Shown: positions 9,461 through 19,274, counted from the whole stretch's first letter. The stretch is 43,168 nucleotides of DNA, filler included, from Chthonomonadaceae bacterium (GCA_035650735.1; 2 parts of 2 records of this genome joined end to end with filler, not necessarily neighbours in it), one strand, 5' to 3'. The notes: generated by a model from the sequence alone, not told the origin. Translations and numbers: made by a program.

Positions 9461-10960
9461 ATGCCGGTTCGTGTTCGATACGCGCCCAGTCCGACCGGGT
9501 CGCCTCATGTCGGGAACCTGCGGACGGCCATCTATAACTGGCTCCTCGCCCGGAAAGAGGGCGGGGAGTTTCTCGCACGTCTGGAGGATACCGACCGCAC
9601 GCCGGGCCGCTACGTGCCCGAGGGCATCTGGGACATCGAAGACAGCATGCGCTTTCTGGGCATCGTTCCGGACGAGTGGTGGGTTTCCGGGGGGTCGGTT
9701 GGCCCTTATATCCAGAGCGAGCGCCTGCCGATCTATAAGGAGTATGCCGAGAAGCTGATCGCCTCCGGCCACGCCTATCGCTGCTACTGCACACGGGAGC
9801 GCCTGGAACAGATGCGGCAGGAGCAGCAGGCGCGCGGCCTGCCGACCGGCTATGACCGCCGCTGCCGCTTCCTCTCCGAGCAGGAGCGCGCCCACTGTGA
9901 GGCCGAAGGGATGCTCAGCGTGGTGCGGCTGGCGATGCCTCTGGAGGGCACAACCGTCATCCATGACGTGCTCAAGGGCGATATCGTCGTCGAAAACCGC
10001 AGCCAGGACGACCAGATCCTGCTCAAATCCGACGGCTACCCGACCTACTTCCTGGCCTGTGTCGTAGACGACCACCTGATGGGCATCACGCACGTGATTC
10101 GCGGCGAGGACTGGCTCTCCAGCGCGGCCAAGTTCGTTTCCATCATCAACGCCTTCGGATGGGAAGCGCCCAAGCTCGTCCACGTCCCGCTCATCCTGGG
10201 GCCGGATAAGAAAAAGCTCTCCAAACGACACGGCCACACGCAGTTCCTGGAGTTTATCGAGAGGGGCTATCTGCCGGAGGCATTGTTCAACTTCCTGGTG
10301 CTGCTTGGCTGGTCTACTGGCGAGGAGAATATCGAGATCCTGCCCATCCCAGAGATCATCAAGCGCTTCTCGCTGGAGGGCATCTCCGAGCATCCGGCCA
10401 TCTTCGACTACGACAAGCTCAAATGGATGAACGGCCACTACATCCGCCAGAGCCAGCCGGGACGCATCATCGGCATGTGCCTGCCCTATCTGGTCAAGGC
10501 CGGCCTTATCTCCGACCCGCCCACAGAGGAGGAGATCGCCTACGCGCGCCGCGTCATCCCACTGGAGATCGAGCGGATGAAGGAGCTGTCGGAAGTCGTG
10601 GACCTGGTCGGCTTTTTCTTCCAGAACCTGGATTACCCGGACGGCTACGACGAAAAGGCGGTGCGGAAGTGGCTGGGCGTGCCGCACCTGCGCGCCATGC
10701 TGGAGAAGGAGATTGACGGCTATAGCGCGCTCACCGACTGGACGATAGCGGGGCTGGAAGAGGTCACTCGCCTGGTGGCCGAGGAGCTAGGCGTCAAGTT
10801 CGCCGAGGTTGTCCATCCCACGCGCGTGGCCGCTACCGGGCGCATGGTCGGTCCTGGCCTGTTCGAGACGCTATGGGCGCTGGGGCGCGAGCGCACGCTG
10901 CACCGCCTGCGCACGGTCCTCGAACGGCTGGAGGAAAAGCCAATACCTCAACAGGATTAA
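9461..10960 (+). CDS. gltX: Glutamate--tRNA ligase
   Basis: RYAPSPTG, HVGN (HIGH), RLEDTD, THVIRGEDW, KLSKR (KMSKS), GPGLFE. Confidence 0.96.
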   Translation: MPVRVRYAPSPTGSPHVGNLRTAIYNWLLARKEGGEFLARLEDTDRTPGRYVPEGIWDIEDSMRFLGIVPDEWWVSGGSVGPYIQSERLPIYKEYAEKLIASGHAYRCYCTRERLEQMRQEQQARGLPTGYDRRCRFLSEQERAHCEAEGMLSVVRLAMPLEGTTVIHDVLKGDIVVENRSQDDQILLKSDGYPTYFLACVVDDHLMGITHVIRGEDWLSSAAKFVSIINAFGWEAPKLVHVPLILGPDKKKLSKRHGHTQFLEFIERGYLPEALFNFLVLLGWSTGEENIEILPIPEIIKRFSLEGISEHPAIFDYDKLKWMNGHYIRQSQPGRIIGMCLPYLVKAGLISDPPTEEEIAYARRVIPLEIERMKELSEVVDLVGFFFQNLDYPDGYDEKAVRKWLGVPHLRAMLEKEIDGYSALTDWTIAGLEEVTRLVAEELGVKFAEVVHPTRVAATGRMVGPGLFETLWALGRERTLHRLRTVLERLEEKPIPQQD

Positions 10961-11097
10961 CAGGATTTAGCAGGATTAAACAGGATTTCTTAAAACCAAC
11001 CCCATTCCTGTTTCTGTCTCTACAACCCATACAAGCCCTGTATCTTTGTCTTTGTCTTAATCCTGTAAATCCTGTCTCATCCTGTTCATCCGGTTGA
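10948..11097. repeat. Foldback repeat of tandem CAGGATT units facing ATCCTG units; overlaps the gltX stop
   Basis: Four CAGGATT units on the left and four ATCC(T/G)G units on the right; related units at 39106-39198. Confidence 0.75.
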
Positions 11098-11147
11098 AAG
11101 GCTTTTCCAGGGGAGCGGGTGGTTGAATTTGATTTGGGGAGGCCCGT

Positions 11148-11876
11148 ATGGAGGATATAGTCGATATCAATACGCTGTTTGGCCCGCTGCCTGCCGCCAG
11201 CGCGGACCTGGCGGTAGATGTGCTGATAGAGCGGATGCAGAAGCACAGCGTGCGCGCCGCCTGCACCCTCTCCACCCTGGGCCTGCTGCTCGACCCGGCG
11301 GTCGGCAACGCCGCCACGCGCGCCGCCTGTACGGAGCACCCTGAGCTGCTGCCCGTCGCCACCCTGAATCCGAGGATGTACTTCGGCGATGCCGCGCAGG
11401 TGACGCGCCTGACCGGAGAAGGGTTCCGGCTGATCCGCTTCTTCCCGACGGAGCAGGGCTGGCCGGTTGATTTTGCGCCTTTCCGCGCCCTGCTGCATTC
11501 CCTGGATGAGGCCAGACTGCCGATCATGGTGGATGTGGAGGAGCCGGGCACGATCACGGCGCTGACGCGCGTCCTGGAGGCCTATCCGGCCCCCGTCCTT
11601 CTGGCCGGTGTGGATACGACGACGCTGGCGGAGGCCGTCGCCGCCCTGCGCCTGCACACGAACTGGCATCTGGAGACCTCGCGCCTGCTGGCGGCCGGAG
11701 CCTTAAAGCTCGTGGCGGAGACCCTCGGCGCCGAGCGGCTGCTCTTGGGAACCGGCGCGCCCTCCCACCCCATCGCCAGCGCGCTCAACGCCGTGCAGCA
11801 TGCCGGCCTGCCGGAACAGGCACGCCTTCAACTACTGGGTGCCAATGCCCGCCGCATCCTGAATCTTGCCGCCTGA
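11148..11876 (+). CDS. Amidohydrolase_2-fold protein (metal ligands apparently degenerate)
   Basis: DINTLFG N-terminus, LETS and LGAERLLLGTGAP, LLGANARRIL; GGAGG RBS. Confidence 0.8.
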   Translation: MEDIVDINTLFGPLPAASADLAVDVLIERMQKHSVRAACTLSTLGLLLDPAVGNAATRAACTEHPELLPVATLNPRMYFGDAAQVTRLTGEGFRLIRFFPTEQGWPVDFAPFRALLHSLDEARLPIMVDVEEPGTITALTRVLEAYPAPVLLAGVDTTTLAEAVAALRLHTNWHLETSRLLAAGALKLVAETLGAERLLLGTGAPSHPIASALNAVQHAGLPEQARLQLLGANARRILNLAA

Positions 11877-11921
11877 GCGCGTTCCTAGCGAAAGCCCATT
11901 CGTCCGCACGGAGTCACCGCC

Positions 11922-12668
11922 ATGCCAATCTTTGATACCCACGTCTATCTGGACGGCTATATTCTTCCCGGCATCAACCAGAACGCGGCGCAGGTCGCCC
12001 AATTGCTTCAGGCGCGCGGCATCGAGCGCGCCTTGCTGTTTTCCTCCCGCGCCGCCCGCGTCGATCCGCTCTCGGGCAACCGCATTCTGAAGGTGATGCT
12101 GGATCAGGGCCAGGGGCTTTATGGCTGCCTGGTAGCTCACCTGAATCGTGTGGACGCCTCGCTGCAGGCGATCCGCGACCTGATGAGCGAGCGCCGCTTC
12201 CTCGGCGTGATGCTCACCTCCACCCACCCGGACGAGCCGCTGCATCCCCTCGTCGCGGATGAAGTCCTCAACGCCTGCCGCCGCTACCAGAAGCCGATCT
12301 TTTTGGGCACGCCCAACGCCGCCTGCGTGGAGGTAGCCTTGCAACTAGCCAAGACCTACTCCATGCACAAGTTCGTCTTCCTGGGCATGGGCGGGGCCGA
12401 TTGGCGCACCGGCATTGCGGCGGCAGACCAGGCCACGAATATCTATCTGGAGCTCTCCGGCGCGCTGGATCTGGTTAAGATCCCGGCGGCCATCGAGGCC
12501 ATTGGCGCGCACCGCCTGCTGTTTGGCAGCGGGTCGCCCTACCTCGACCCGGCTGCCGCCCTCGGCTTAATCCAGGACTCGAATCTCTCGCCCGCCGATC
12601 AGCGGCGCATCCTCCATGATAACGCCGCCAAGCTGTTTAACCTCAACGCCATCGAGGCAGGGGAGTAG
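11922..12668 (+). CDS. Amidohydrolase_2-fold protein
   Basis: IFDTHVY, NIYLELSG, IGAHRLLFGSGSP, ILHDNAAKLF. Confidence 0.82.
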   Translation: MPIFDTHVYLDGYILPGINQNAAQVAQLLQARGIERALLFSSRAARVDPLSGNRILKVMLDQGQGLYGCLVAHLNRVDASLQAIRDLMSERRFLGVMLTSTHPDEPLHPLVADEVLNACRRYQKPIFLGTPNAACVEVALQLAKTYSMHKFVFLGMGGADWRTGIAAADQATNIYLELSGALDLVKIPAAIEAIGAHRLLFGSGSPYLDPAAALGLIQDSNLSPADQRRILHDNAAKLFNLNAIEAGE

Positions 12669-12740
12669 CGGGGCCAACAAGTCCATGCGTTCCTGGAAAC
12701 CAGGGACCCATTGGCTTATTTGGCCCATTGCCTCTTTGCT

Positions 12741-13286
12741 ATGCCCATGCCTCGCCCTGATGCGCTGAAGAAGGCGCTTTCCCGAACGCCCCAGCCGGGC
12801 GATGTCCTTCTCTTTTATAACGCGACCGGCTTAAACCGCTTTATCGCCTGGTTCACGGGCTCTCCGTTCTACCACGTAGCGCTCTATGCCGGGCAGGGAG
12901 ACGTGATCGAGGCGAGGCCGCGCGGCGTGGTGCGGCGCAACCTGCGCCGCCGCGAAGGTGGTCACGATTTCCTGGTCGTTCCCACCTCGGAAGGGGCCGG
13001 CAAGGCCGCGCTGGCCTGGGCGGAGGCGAAAGTCGGGGCCGGCTACGACCGGCTGGATATTTTGATCCTCATCCTCGAACGGATTTTTCTGCACCTACAT
13101 ATCAACTACACGCCGCGGGATAAGTTTGCCTGCGGGGAGTTTGTGGCGCGAGCCTTTGAGGAGGCCGGGGAGCCACTTTTCCCGGACAAGGCGGCAGGCG
13201 AAGTCGTGCCGGGGGACTTCGCCCACCTGCTGCCGGACAAAGAGGGCGTCCTTGCCGCTCTGCGGGTGCGCCCCTTGCAGAAATGA
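12741..13286 (+). CDS. Permuted papain-like (YiiX/YebB, NlpC/P60-related) hydrolase
   Basis: PGDVLLF, YHVALY..VIEA, Y-D, and catalytic FACGEFV after the His (permuted order). Confidence 0.8.
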   Translation: MPMPRPDALKKALSRTPQPGDVLLFYNATGLNRFIAWFTGSPFYHVALYAGQGDVIEARPRGVVRRNLRRREGGHDFLVVPTSEGAGKAALAWAEAKVGAGYDRLDILILILERIFLHLHINYTPRDKFACGEFVARAFEEAGEPLFPDKAAGEVVPGDFAHLLPDKEGVLAALRVRPLQK

Positions 13287-13443
13287 GGGGACATGCAGGA
13301 CGGGGGCAAGAGAGGGCAGACAAAACTTGCCAGCCAAAAGGACGGAAAAATTGCGTGCGCCGCGCGTCCGCAGGGCAAATTGGCACACTTCTTGCAACAC
13401 TCTTTCATGCGGTAAAGCGCGGCGCACAACGCTCGGCCTCGAT

Positions 13444-14088
13444 TTAGCTTTTTTGATCGGGGTTGGCTTTGCGCCAAGCGCGCAGACGCTCCAGCTCGAA
13501 AGCCAGCACAGGGGCCGGGATCTCCGAGGCGTTGGCGATCCGATCCAGTGACCGCGCCAGGCTGCGCTCGGTCAGGTCGTCGGGATTCTCCGGGTACAGC
13601 GTGTCCATGGCCTCGGCCAGCGTGTAAAGCGCCTCATTGGCGTAGCGCGCCTTGCCCTGCGGCAGCGCCCGGTGCGGCGTCTGGATGAACAGGCGCGAGA
13701 GATATTCGTACAGGCTATCCCAGGTCGTTACCTGCGCCTCTTCCGCCGCCCGGCGCGTATCCTCCGCCTGACGCATGACCGCCACGCGGGCTTCCCGCTG
13801 CTTGAGCGCTTCCCAATCGGCAAGCGTCGTGCCTTCAATCACGCGCACCTTCAGCCGGCGCCCGAACATCTCCTCGACCGTCCGGTCTACCGTATTCCTG
13901 ATCGCCGCCTGCTGAATATGCGCTGCTAGATTGAAGTTTGCCGGGTCCAATCCGATAATCAGAGTGTCGTCTTCGACAGTGATCGGCTGCGTCTGCTCGA
14001 TGGCCTCCCAGAAGGAGCGGCTATTGACTCGATCCTTAAGACGCTCGACGCAGTTGATCCATAACAGAGGTAGGGCATCCGCATTCAT
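13444..14088 (-). CDS. Hypothetical protein with a DnaA-domain-I-like N-terminus
   Basis: LWINCVERLKDRV..FWEAIEQTQPITVEDDTLIIG resembles DnaA_N; no AAA+ motifs; good upstream promoter. Confidence 0.7.
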   Translation of the reverse strand: MNADALPLLWINCVERLKDRVNSRSFWEAIEQTQPITVEDDTLIIGLDPANFNLAAHIQQAAIRNTVDRTVEEMFGRRLKVRVIEGTTLADWEALKQREARVAVMRQAEDTRRAAEEAQVTTWDSLYEYLSRLFIQTPHRALPQGKARYANEALYTLAEAMDTLYPENPDDLTERSLARSLDRIANASEIPAPVLAFELERLRAWRKANPDQKS

Positions 14089-14187
14089 AAGGGCAAGGCT
14101 CCTGAAAAGAAAATAGACACGGGCGCGCGGCGCGGCTCCCTGCGTCCGGCACGCCATTTTCGCACAAATTACATACCGCTGGCGACG

Positions 14188-14216
14188 ATTATACGCTTCC
14201 ACTCCGTAAGAGTCAA
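14188..14216 (-). promoter_or_regulatory. Putative sigma70 promoter
   Basis: Minus strand TTGACT-17 nt-TATAAT, 100 nt upstream of the 14088 start. Confidence 0.7.
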
Positions 14217-14322
14217 GCGAGGAAGGGAGCAATTTACCGCCTCGAAATCATTCGATAGGCCGCCTGCACGCGCGCTCCTGCGCCCGGTTGGCGACGGCCA
14301 CAGTAAGGAGGAGTTTATCACG

Positions 14323-15696
14323 ATGTCTCTCTTCGCGCAGAACGCGCCTCTCGCGCGCCGCATCCGGCAGGTAGGCAGCGCCCTCGGGGCAGTCGCGCTG
14401 CTCCTGAGCTTTGGCGTCCTGCCCCACGCGTACGCCCAAACCATCGATACGACCAAGCCCGACCAGAAGCCGGCAGACACCGTCCCGATGCCCTCCCCGA
14501 CGCCCAACACCATCGGAGAGGACGTCATCGATCCCACCCAGCCGCTCAAACCGGGCTTCATCGTCAACGTCAGCGTGGTCGGCGAGCCCGATCCCAGCGG
14601 CAACTACGTTGTGGACCCGGCGGGCAATATCTCCATCCGCTACCAGGGCATTCAGACCCCGATCGCCGTGCGCGGCCAGACGCCCGGCCAGGCCGCCGAC
14701 TCCATCGCTAAATTCCTCAAGACCTATATCAAGAACCCGCAGGTGTCCGTGACCATCCTGCAGGTGCCCCGCCCCACCGTCTTCGTCAGCGGCGCGGTGC
14801 GCGCCCCCGGCCCCTACACGGTCACCGGCGAGACGACGCTCGTAGACCTGCTCTCCCGCGCCGTGTGGACCGAGAACGCCGATCTGAGCCAGGTGCGCAT
14901 CACCCGCCGCCTCAAGGTCCAGGGCCCCAATGGCGAGGAAATCAAGCCGCAGATGATGATCGTACAGTTTGACAAATATATCCGCGTTGATCCCGGCTCG
15001 GTGCCCGACGAGAAGCAGAACCCGGTGCTCCAGGACAAGGACAGCGTGTTTGTGCCCTTTAAGCTCCTGCCGGGCAACGGCGTCGTCTCCGTCTTTGGCG
15101 AGGTAACCAAGCCGCAGCAGGCCATTCCGCTGCGCATCAACCCGCCGATGACCGTGCGCGAGGTCATTAACCTGGTCGGCGGCACGACCCCGGGCGCCAA
15201 CCGCAAGGCCATCAGCATCCGCCGCGCCACGGTGGACCGCCCGCTGGTGATCGATCTGGATAAGGCCGAGCAGGGAGACCTGGTCAATAACATCGAGCTT
15301 AAGCCCGACGACGCCATCTACGTCGAAAAGCTGGAGAACAACGCCTATGTCAACATCAACGGCGGCTTCGTCAAGACGGGTAAATTCATCTACGATAAGC
15401 GCACGACGCTGACCCAGGCCATTGAGGATTCCGGCGGCGTCGCACCTTTCGCCAAGGTCAAAGATGGCAAGATCTTCCGCCATCCCGACAATGACCCCAA
15501 GAACACACGCATCATCGCTTTCAATTGGGACGATATCCAGAAGGGCAAGGCCCCGGATATCGAGCTCCAGCCTGGCGATAGCGTCTGGATCGCGCCCGGC
15601 GGCCCGAGCCAGAAGGTGGATTTCTTCACGGTCATGGGCGGCTTGACCTCCGCCGTGTTCCTGTATAACAACCTGACGGGACGCTGGTTCCGCTAA
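14323..15696 (+). CDS. Polysaccharide export (Wza-like) protein with multiple SLBB domains
   Basis: Signal peptide, Poly_export domain (YVVDPAGNI..YIKNPQVSV), repeated VSGAVRAPG / VFGEVTKP / L.PGD SLBB motifs; AAGGAGGAG RBS. Confidence 0.88.
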   Translation: MSLFAQNAPLARRIRQVGSALGAVALLLSFGVLPHAYAQTIDTTKPDQKPADTVPMPSPTPNTIGEDVIDPTQPLKPGFIVNVSVVGEPDPSGNYVVDPAGNISIRYQGIQTPIAVRGQTPGQAADSIAKFLKTYIKNPQVSVTILQVPRPTVFVSGAVRAPGPYTVTGETTLVDLLSRAVWTENADLSQVRITRRLKVQGPNGEEIKPQMMIVQFDKYIRVDPGSVPDEKQNPVLQDKDSVFVPFKLLPGNGVVSVFGEVTKPQQAIPLRINPPMTVREVINLVGGTTPGANRKAISIRRATVDRPLVIDLDKAEQGDLVNNIELKPDDAIYVEKLENNAYVNINGGFVKTGKFIYDKRTTLTQAIEDSGGVAPFAKVKDGKIFRHPDNDPKNTRIIAFNWDDIQKGKAPDIELQPGDSVWIAPGGPSQKVDFFTVMGGLTSAVFLYNNLTGRWFR

Positions 15697-15816
15697 CGCC
15701 GAGCCGGCTAACCGAAATCGGCGTGTTGCGAGGTCCTTCGGATAGGCCCGGTCGTCTCCCGACCGCCTGTCTGGAGGACTTCGCGCCTCTGGTCGGAAGC
15801 AGACGCCTTCGGGTTG

Positions 15817-15875
15817 CGGCAGGCTGAACCCTGCCGCTGTGGGGCCTACGGCCTGCCGCCCACCTGCGTGGGCGG
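15817..15875 (-). repeat. REP-like repeat (CCCACAGCGGCAGGGTT(T/C)AGCCTGCCG family)
   Basis: Reverse complement closely matches 1508-1566. Confidence 0.8.
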
Positions 15876-15965
15876 GAAAGGCTCCTCCGCGGCCTCCCTC
15901 AAGCCGGTGCCCCTGCCAGCCGATAACCGGGCAGGATACCGAGTTGCACCCATCCTTAACGCTTT

Positions 15966-16106
15966 ATGGCAGTCACCGAACCCGACATTGCAGCGCCTGC
16001 CGCTGCGCCTCAACCACCCATCCCCCAGGAGCCGGCTAAGCCTCAACCCAGGCCCCGCTACCTGACGCTTTGCCTGTGGCTGTCGGTGGTCCTGTTCCTG
16101 CTGCTC
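15966..16106 (+). CDS. 5' fragment of a membrane protein, cut by the contig end
   Basis: Pro-rich N-terminus then hydrophobic YLTLCLWLSVVLFLLL running into the gap. Confidence 0.55.
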
Positions 16107-16206
16107 NNNNNNNNNNNNNNNNNNNNNNNNNNNNNNNNNNNNNNNNNNNNTTAATTAATTAANNNNNNNNNNNNNNNNNNNNNNNNNNNNNNNNNNNNNN
16201 NNNNNN
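16107..16206. other. Artificial contig-joining spacer
   Basis: 44 N + TTAATTAATTAA (stops in all six frames) + 44 N. Confidence 0.97.
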
Positions 16207-16207
16207 G

Positions 16208-16453
16208 GTCGAAATCCGGATAGCCGACACGGGAACGGGCATTCCGGAGGCGGTCCGCCCCCGCATCTTCGATCCGTTCTTTACCACCAAGGAGGTTGGG
16301 AAGGGAACGGGACAGGGGCTGGCGATAGCCCGTTCGATCATCGTGGACAAGCATGGCGGCACACTCGAATTTGAAACGGACATCGGTCGGGGTACGACCT
16401 TCATCATCCGACTGCCGTTGGTCGAACACAGAGCAAGGACTCTAGCCGCATGA
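16208..16453 (+). CDS. 3' fragment of a sensor histidine kinase (HATPase_c), cut by the contig start
   Basis: Manual translation VEIRIADTGTGIP..IFDPFFTTKEVGKGTGQGLAI..HGG..GTTFIIRLP..TGA; absent from the ORF track. Confidence 0.92.
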   Translation, partial: VEIRIADTGTGIPEAVRPRIFDPFFTTKEVGKGTGQGLAIARSIIVDKHGGTLEFETDIGRGTTFIIRLPLVEHRARTLAA

Positions 16454-16822
16454 AGGGGTGGATTCTACTCGTGGAGGATAAGGCTAATGTTTTCGATGTG
16501 TCACTAGCCGCTCGGATCTTGACTACTCATCGTCGGAGGGATGTAGACCACCTGCGGGATTGTTGGTAGTCTTCCTAACCTGAGTGGACGGTAGGAACCG
16601 TTACCGTCCTCAAGAGTTCCTGGACAATCCAGAGAGGATCCGTCCGTCCTGCCACCCACCGTCGCTGGGGAACGCTTCTGCCAGCGTCTTCTGCCCCTTG
16701 GACCGCTCCGTGGGCAGCGTCCTGACGAGCCAGATCAGGTTGTAAGCCGAGGAGAGCCGCATCCGGCCAACGCGGGCGTACGCGCCTGCCTTCATCCTCC
16801 GAGAAAGCCGATTGGACCTGTC

Positions 16823-16921
16823 CTATCGATGGCGCCAGAGAAAATAGATAAGACCGGCGATCAAGAGGGCCAAGGCAAGGGTGCTCAGCAGCACCTTGGT
16901 GCCCCAGGGCGTAAGCTTCAT
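16823..16921 (-). CDS. Possible 32-aa single-pass membrane peptide
   Basis: MKLTPWGTKVLLSTLALALLIAGLIYFLWRHR; no clear RBS. Confidence 0.35.
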   Translation of the reverse strand: MKLTPWGTKVLLSTLALALLIAGLIYFLWRHR

Positions 16922-17063
16922 GGTCGTAAATCAGCAATGCGAACATCTTAGCGCTTGCCAGAATGTTCTCTATCCACGGATGCGCCTTGGCTTTTCCTGG
17001 AGGAGCGCCAATCCAACACCGGCAAGTCGTCCTGCCGCTTTGTGTGTCCCGGAGGGCCACGGC

Positions 17064-17150
17064 CTACTCCACCCCCTCCATCAACTGCGCCAGGCTCACC
17101 CCAAGCGCCTGAGCGAGGGAGGAGATGTTAAGCAGCGAAATGTTGCGCTT
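17064..17150 (-). pseudogene. C-terminal remnant of an XRE-family HTH regulator
   Basis: KRNISLLNISSLAQALGVSLAQLMEGVE-stop; the N-terminus is missing at the IS junction. Confidence 0.75.
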
Positions 17151-17170
17151 GTCAAACGCCTCGAAGAAGT

Positions 17171-18966
17171 GGCTCTGCGCCATATTCCGTGATGACCGAC
17201 GGCTCGCCTGATCTCACACCGGGGTCAACAAAGGAACCTAACATATCCTAGCGAATCTCTCGACAACGCCCCGTTCGAGAGGTATCGCTATGTTCGACTT
17301 CCTCGCTCTGCCTGGAGTAAGCCTGGTCAAGGAGCCTCCCGAAAGCATCAACGGCACCCTGACCTTGCGCTTAACCACCTGCGGGCGCTCAGCCATTTGC
17401 CCGGCGTGCCATCACCGTTCCCGCAGAATCCATAGTCACTACCAGCGCACCCTCGCCGATTTGCCTCTCGGCAGCCAGAAGGTCTGTCTGCTGGTGCGTG
17501 TACACCGCTTCGTCTGCGTCAATCCAGCCTGTTCTCGTCGTACCTTCGCCGAGCCGCTTCCCGAGGTTGTGGCCCGCTATGCCCGCCGCACGCAACGCCT
17601 GCAAATCTCCCAGACCAAACTCAGCCAAGCGGTGGGAAGTCGTCCCGGCGCACGCCTGGCAATCCCGTTGGGCCTGCCGACCAGTCCCACGACTGTGCTG
17701 CGGTTGGAACGGGCGGCTCCGGTACCGACATTTGGGACACCGCGGGTGCTGAGAGTGGACGCTTGGGCTTTCAAGAAAGGCCAGCGCTACGGAACTATTC
17801 TTGTGGATCTGGAGCGTCACCACGTCATAGACTTGCTGCCAGACCGGACCGCCGACAGCCTGGCGGCCTGGTTAAGGGCGCATCCGGGCGTGGAGATCAT
17901 CAGCCGAGGTCGTGGCGGATGCTATGCCGAAGGAGCGCGGGAGGGCGCCCCACACGCTGTCCAAGTCGCCGATCGTTTTCATCTCTTGAAGAACATCGGC
18001 GACATGCTGGAGCGCCTTCTCGTGCGGCAGCATCGGTTCCTGCGCGAAGCCACCCACCAAGCACAAGGATCTGCGGAGACGGCCCAATCAGGGGAAACCA
18101 GCCTGCCAGCGGCGATGACACCACCTCCTGACCGTCCGCTCACACGCGCTCAGCAGCAGAGCCGACTTCGGCGCGCATGCCGTGTCGCGCGCTACGAACG
18201 CGCGGTGGCATTGCAGCAACAAGGCATGAGCCAGCGGGAGATCGCCCGCACGCTCAGTCTGTCGCGCAATACCATCCGCAAGTGGTTGGACGCGGGCTGC
18301 TATCGGCCCCGGTGTCCCGTCCGCAACGGCCAGGACGCTTAGCAGCCTTCACCGGTTATCTGCAGCAACGCTGGCAAGCAGGCTGCCAGAATGCCGTCAC
18401 TCTCTTCCGGGAAATCGCAGAGAGGGGGTATTCCGGCAGTCTCAACCTGGTTCAGCGCTATGTCAAACCCTGGCGACAAGCCTGTAGAACGCATTGTCCA
18501 CGCCGGTCGGCGGAGCCAGCTTCGACCCGTTGTGTGCGCTGGTGGCTGCTGGGCCACTTTAGCCTGGACGATTCCGACCTCAAAGCCCACCAGATGGCGG
18601 TTGTCGAGCGGCTGTGTCAACTCTGCCCGGTCGTTCGGACGGCGCAGGAATTGGCCCAGCGGTTCGTGGCTATGGTCAAAGAGCGCCGCGTCGACGACCT
18701 GAATGTCTGGTTGGATGACGTGAGAGCCAGTCAGATTGCCGAATTGGAAGGCTTTGCCTTCGGGCTACGCCAGGATTGGGAGGCAGTCGTCGCCGCGCTC
18801 TCCACAGAGGTAAGCAACGGCCAGACGGAAGGTCCGGTCAATCGGCTCAAGATGCGCAAGCGTCAGATGTACGGCAGAGCTAACTTCGATCTGCTCCGAC
18901 GGCGGGTACTTATGCCAGGATGACGTTAGGCGAGCCGTCGGTCATCACGGAATATGGCGCAGAGCC
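17171..18966 (+). mobile_element. ISL3-family insertion sequence
   Basis: Perfect 39-bp TIRs GGCTCTGCGCCATATTCCGTGATGACCGACGGCTCGCCT (17171-17209 and 18928-18966) around the transposase. Confidence 0.93.
17290..18923 (+). pseudogene. ISL3 transposase, frameshifted near 18300-18340
   Basis: zf-ISL3 CPAC..HSHYQRTLADLP, YGTILVDLE, VADRFHL, SNGQTEG.VNRLK..KRQMYGRANFDLLR; split over two frames; the usual RDR motif reads RGR. Confidence 0.9.
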
Positions 18967-19236
18967 AGATCTATCCGGCGTTTGACACTTATTGCCAAGA
19001 AAGGCGGAATCGCCAGAGGACATGACCAGGATTGCCGTCTTTTTCACTGTAGCGCGGAGACGACATTCGATAGGCTGTGAGGGCCATCGCAGAAGGTGGG
19101 GCGCCTATCTAATTGAAAGCCAACATGCCTAGCGGTGAGTAGATTAATGTGTATAGTAGGCCTTCTTGTCTGACACTCAGACGGCCTTTTTGTGCTGGCT
19201 AATTGTATCGAGTGGGCGCTTGCCCTGCATAAGACC

Positions 19237-19265
19237 TTGACAAGACTCTGCGAGACTGCTATACT
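19237..19265 (+). promoter_or_regulatory. Near-consensus sigma70 promoter
   Basis: TTGACA-17 nt-TATACT with TG extended -10. Confidence 0.7.
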
Positions 19266-19274
19266 TAGCTATTA

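Noticed and set aside
10948..11097. CRISPR array suggested by the CAGGATT repeats
   Set aside because: Units are only 7-11 nt, have no unique spacers, are arranged as a foldback, and there are no cas genes.
14248..15483. Long antisense ORFs (411 aa here; also 9350-10687, 37009-38172, 35544-36614 and others)
   Set aside because: They are shadows of well-supported genes on the opposite strand in GC-rich DNA and have no motifs.
16575..17060. 161-aa minus-strand ORF
   Set aside because: No recognisable motif or RBS and atypical composition; the region looks like decayed accessory DNA.
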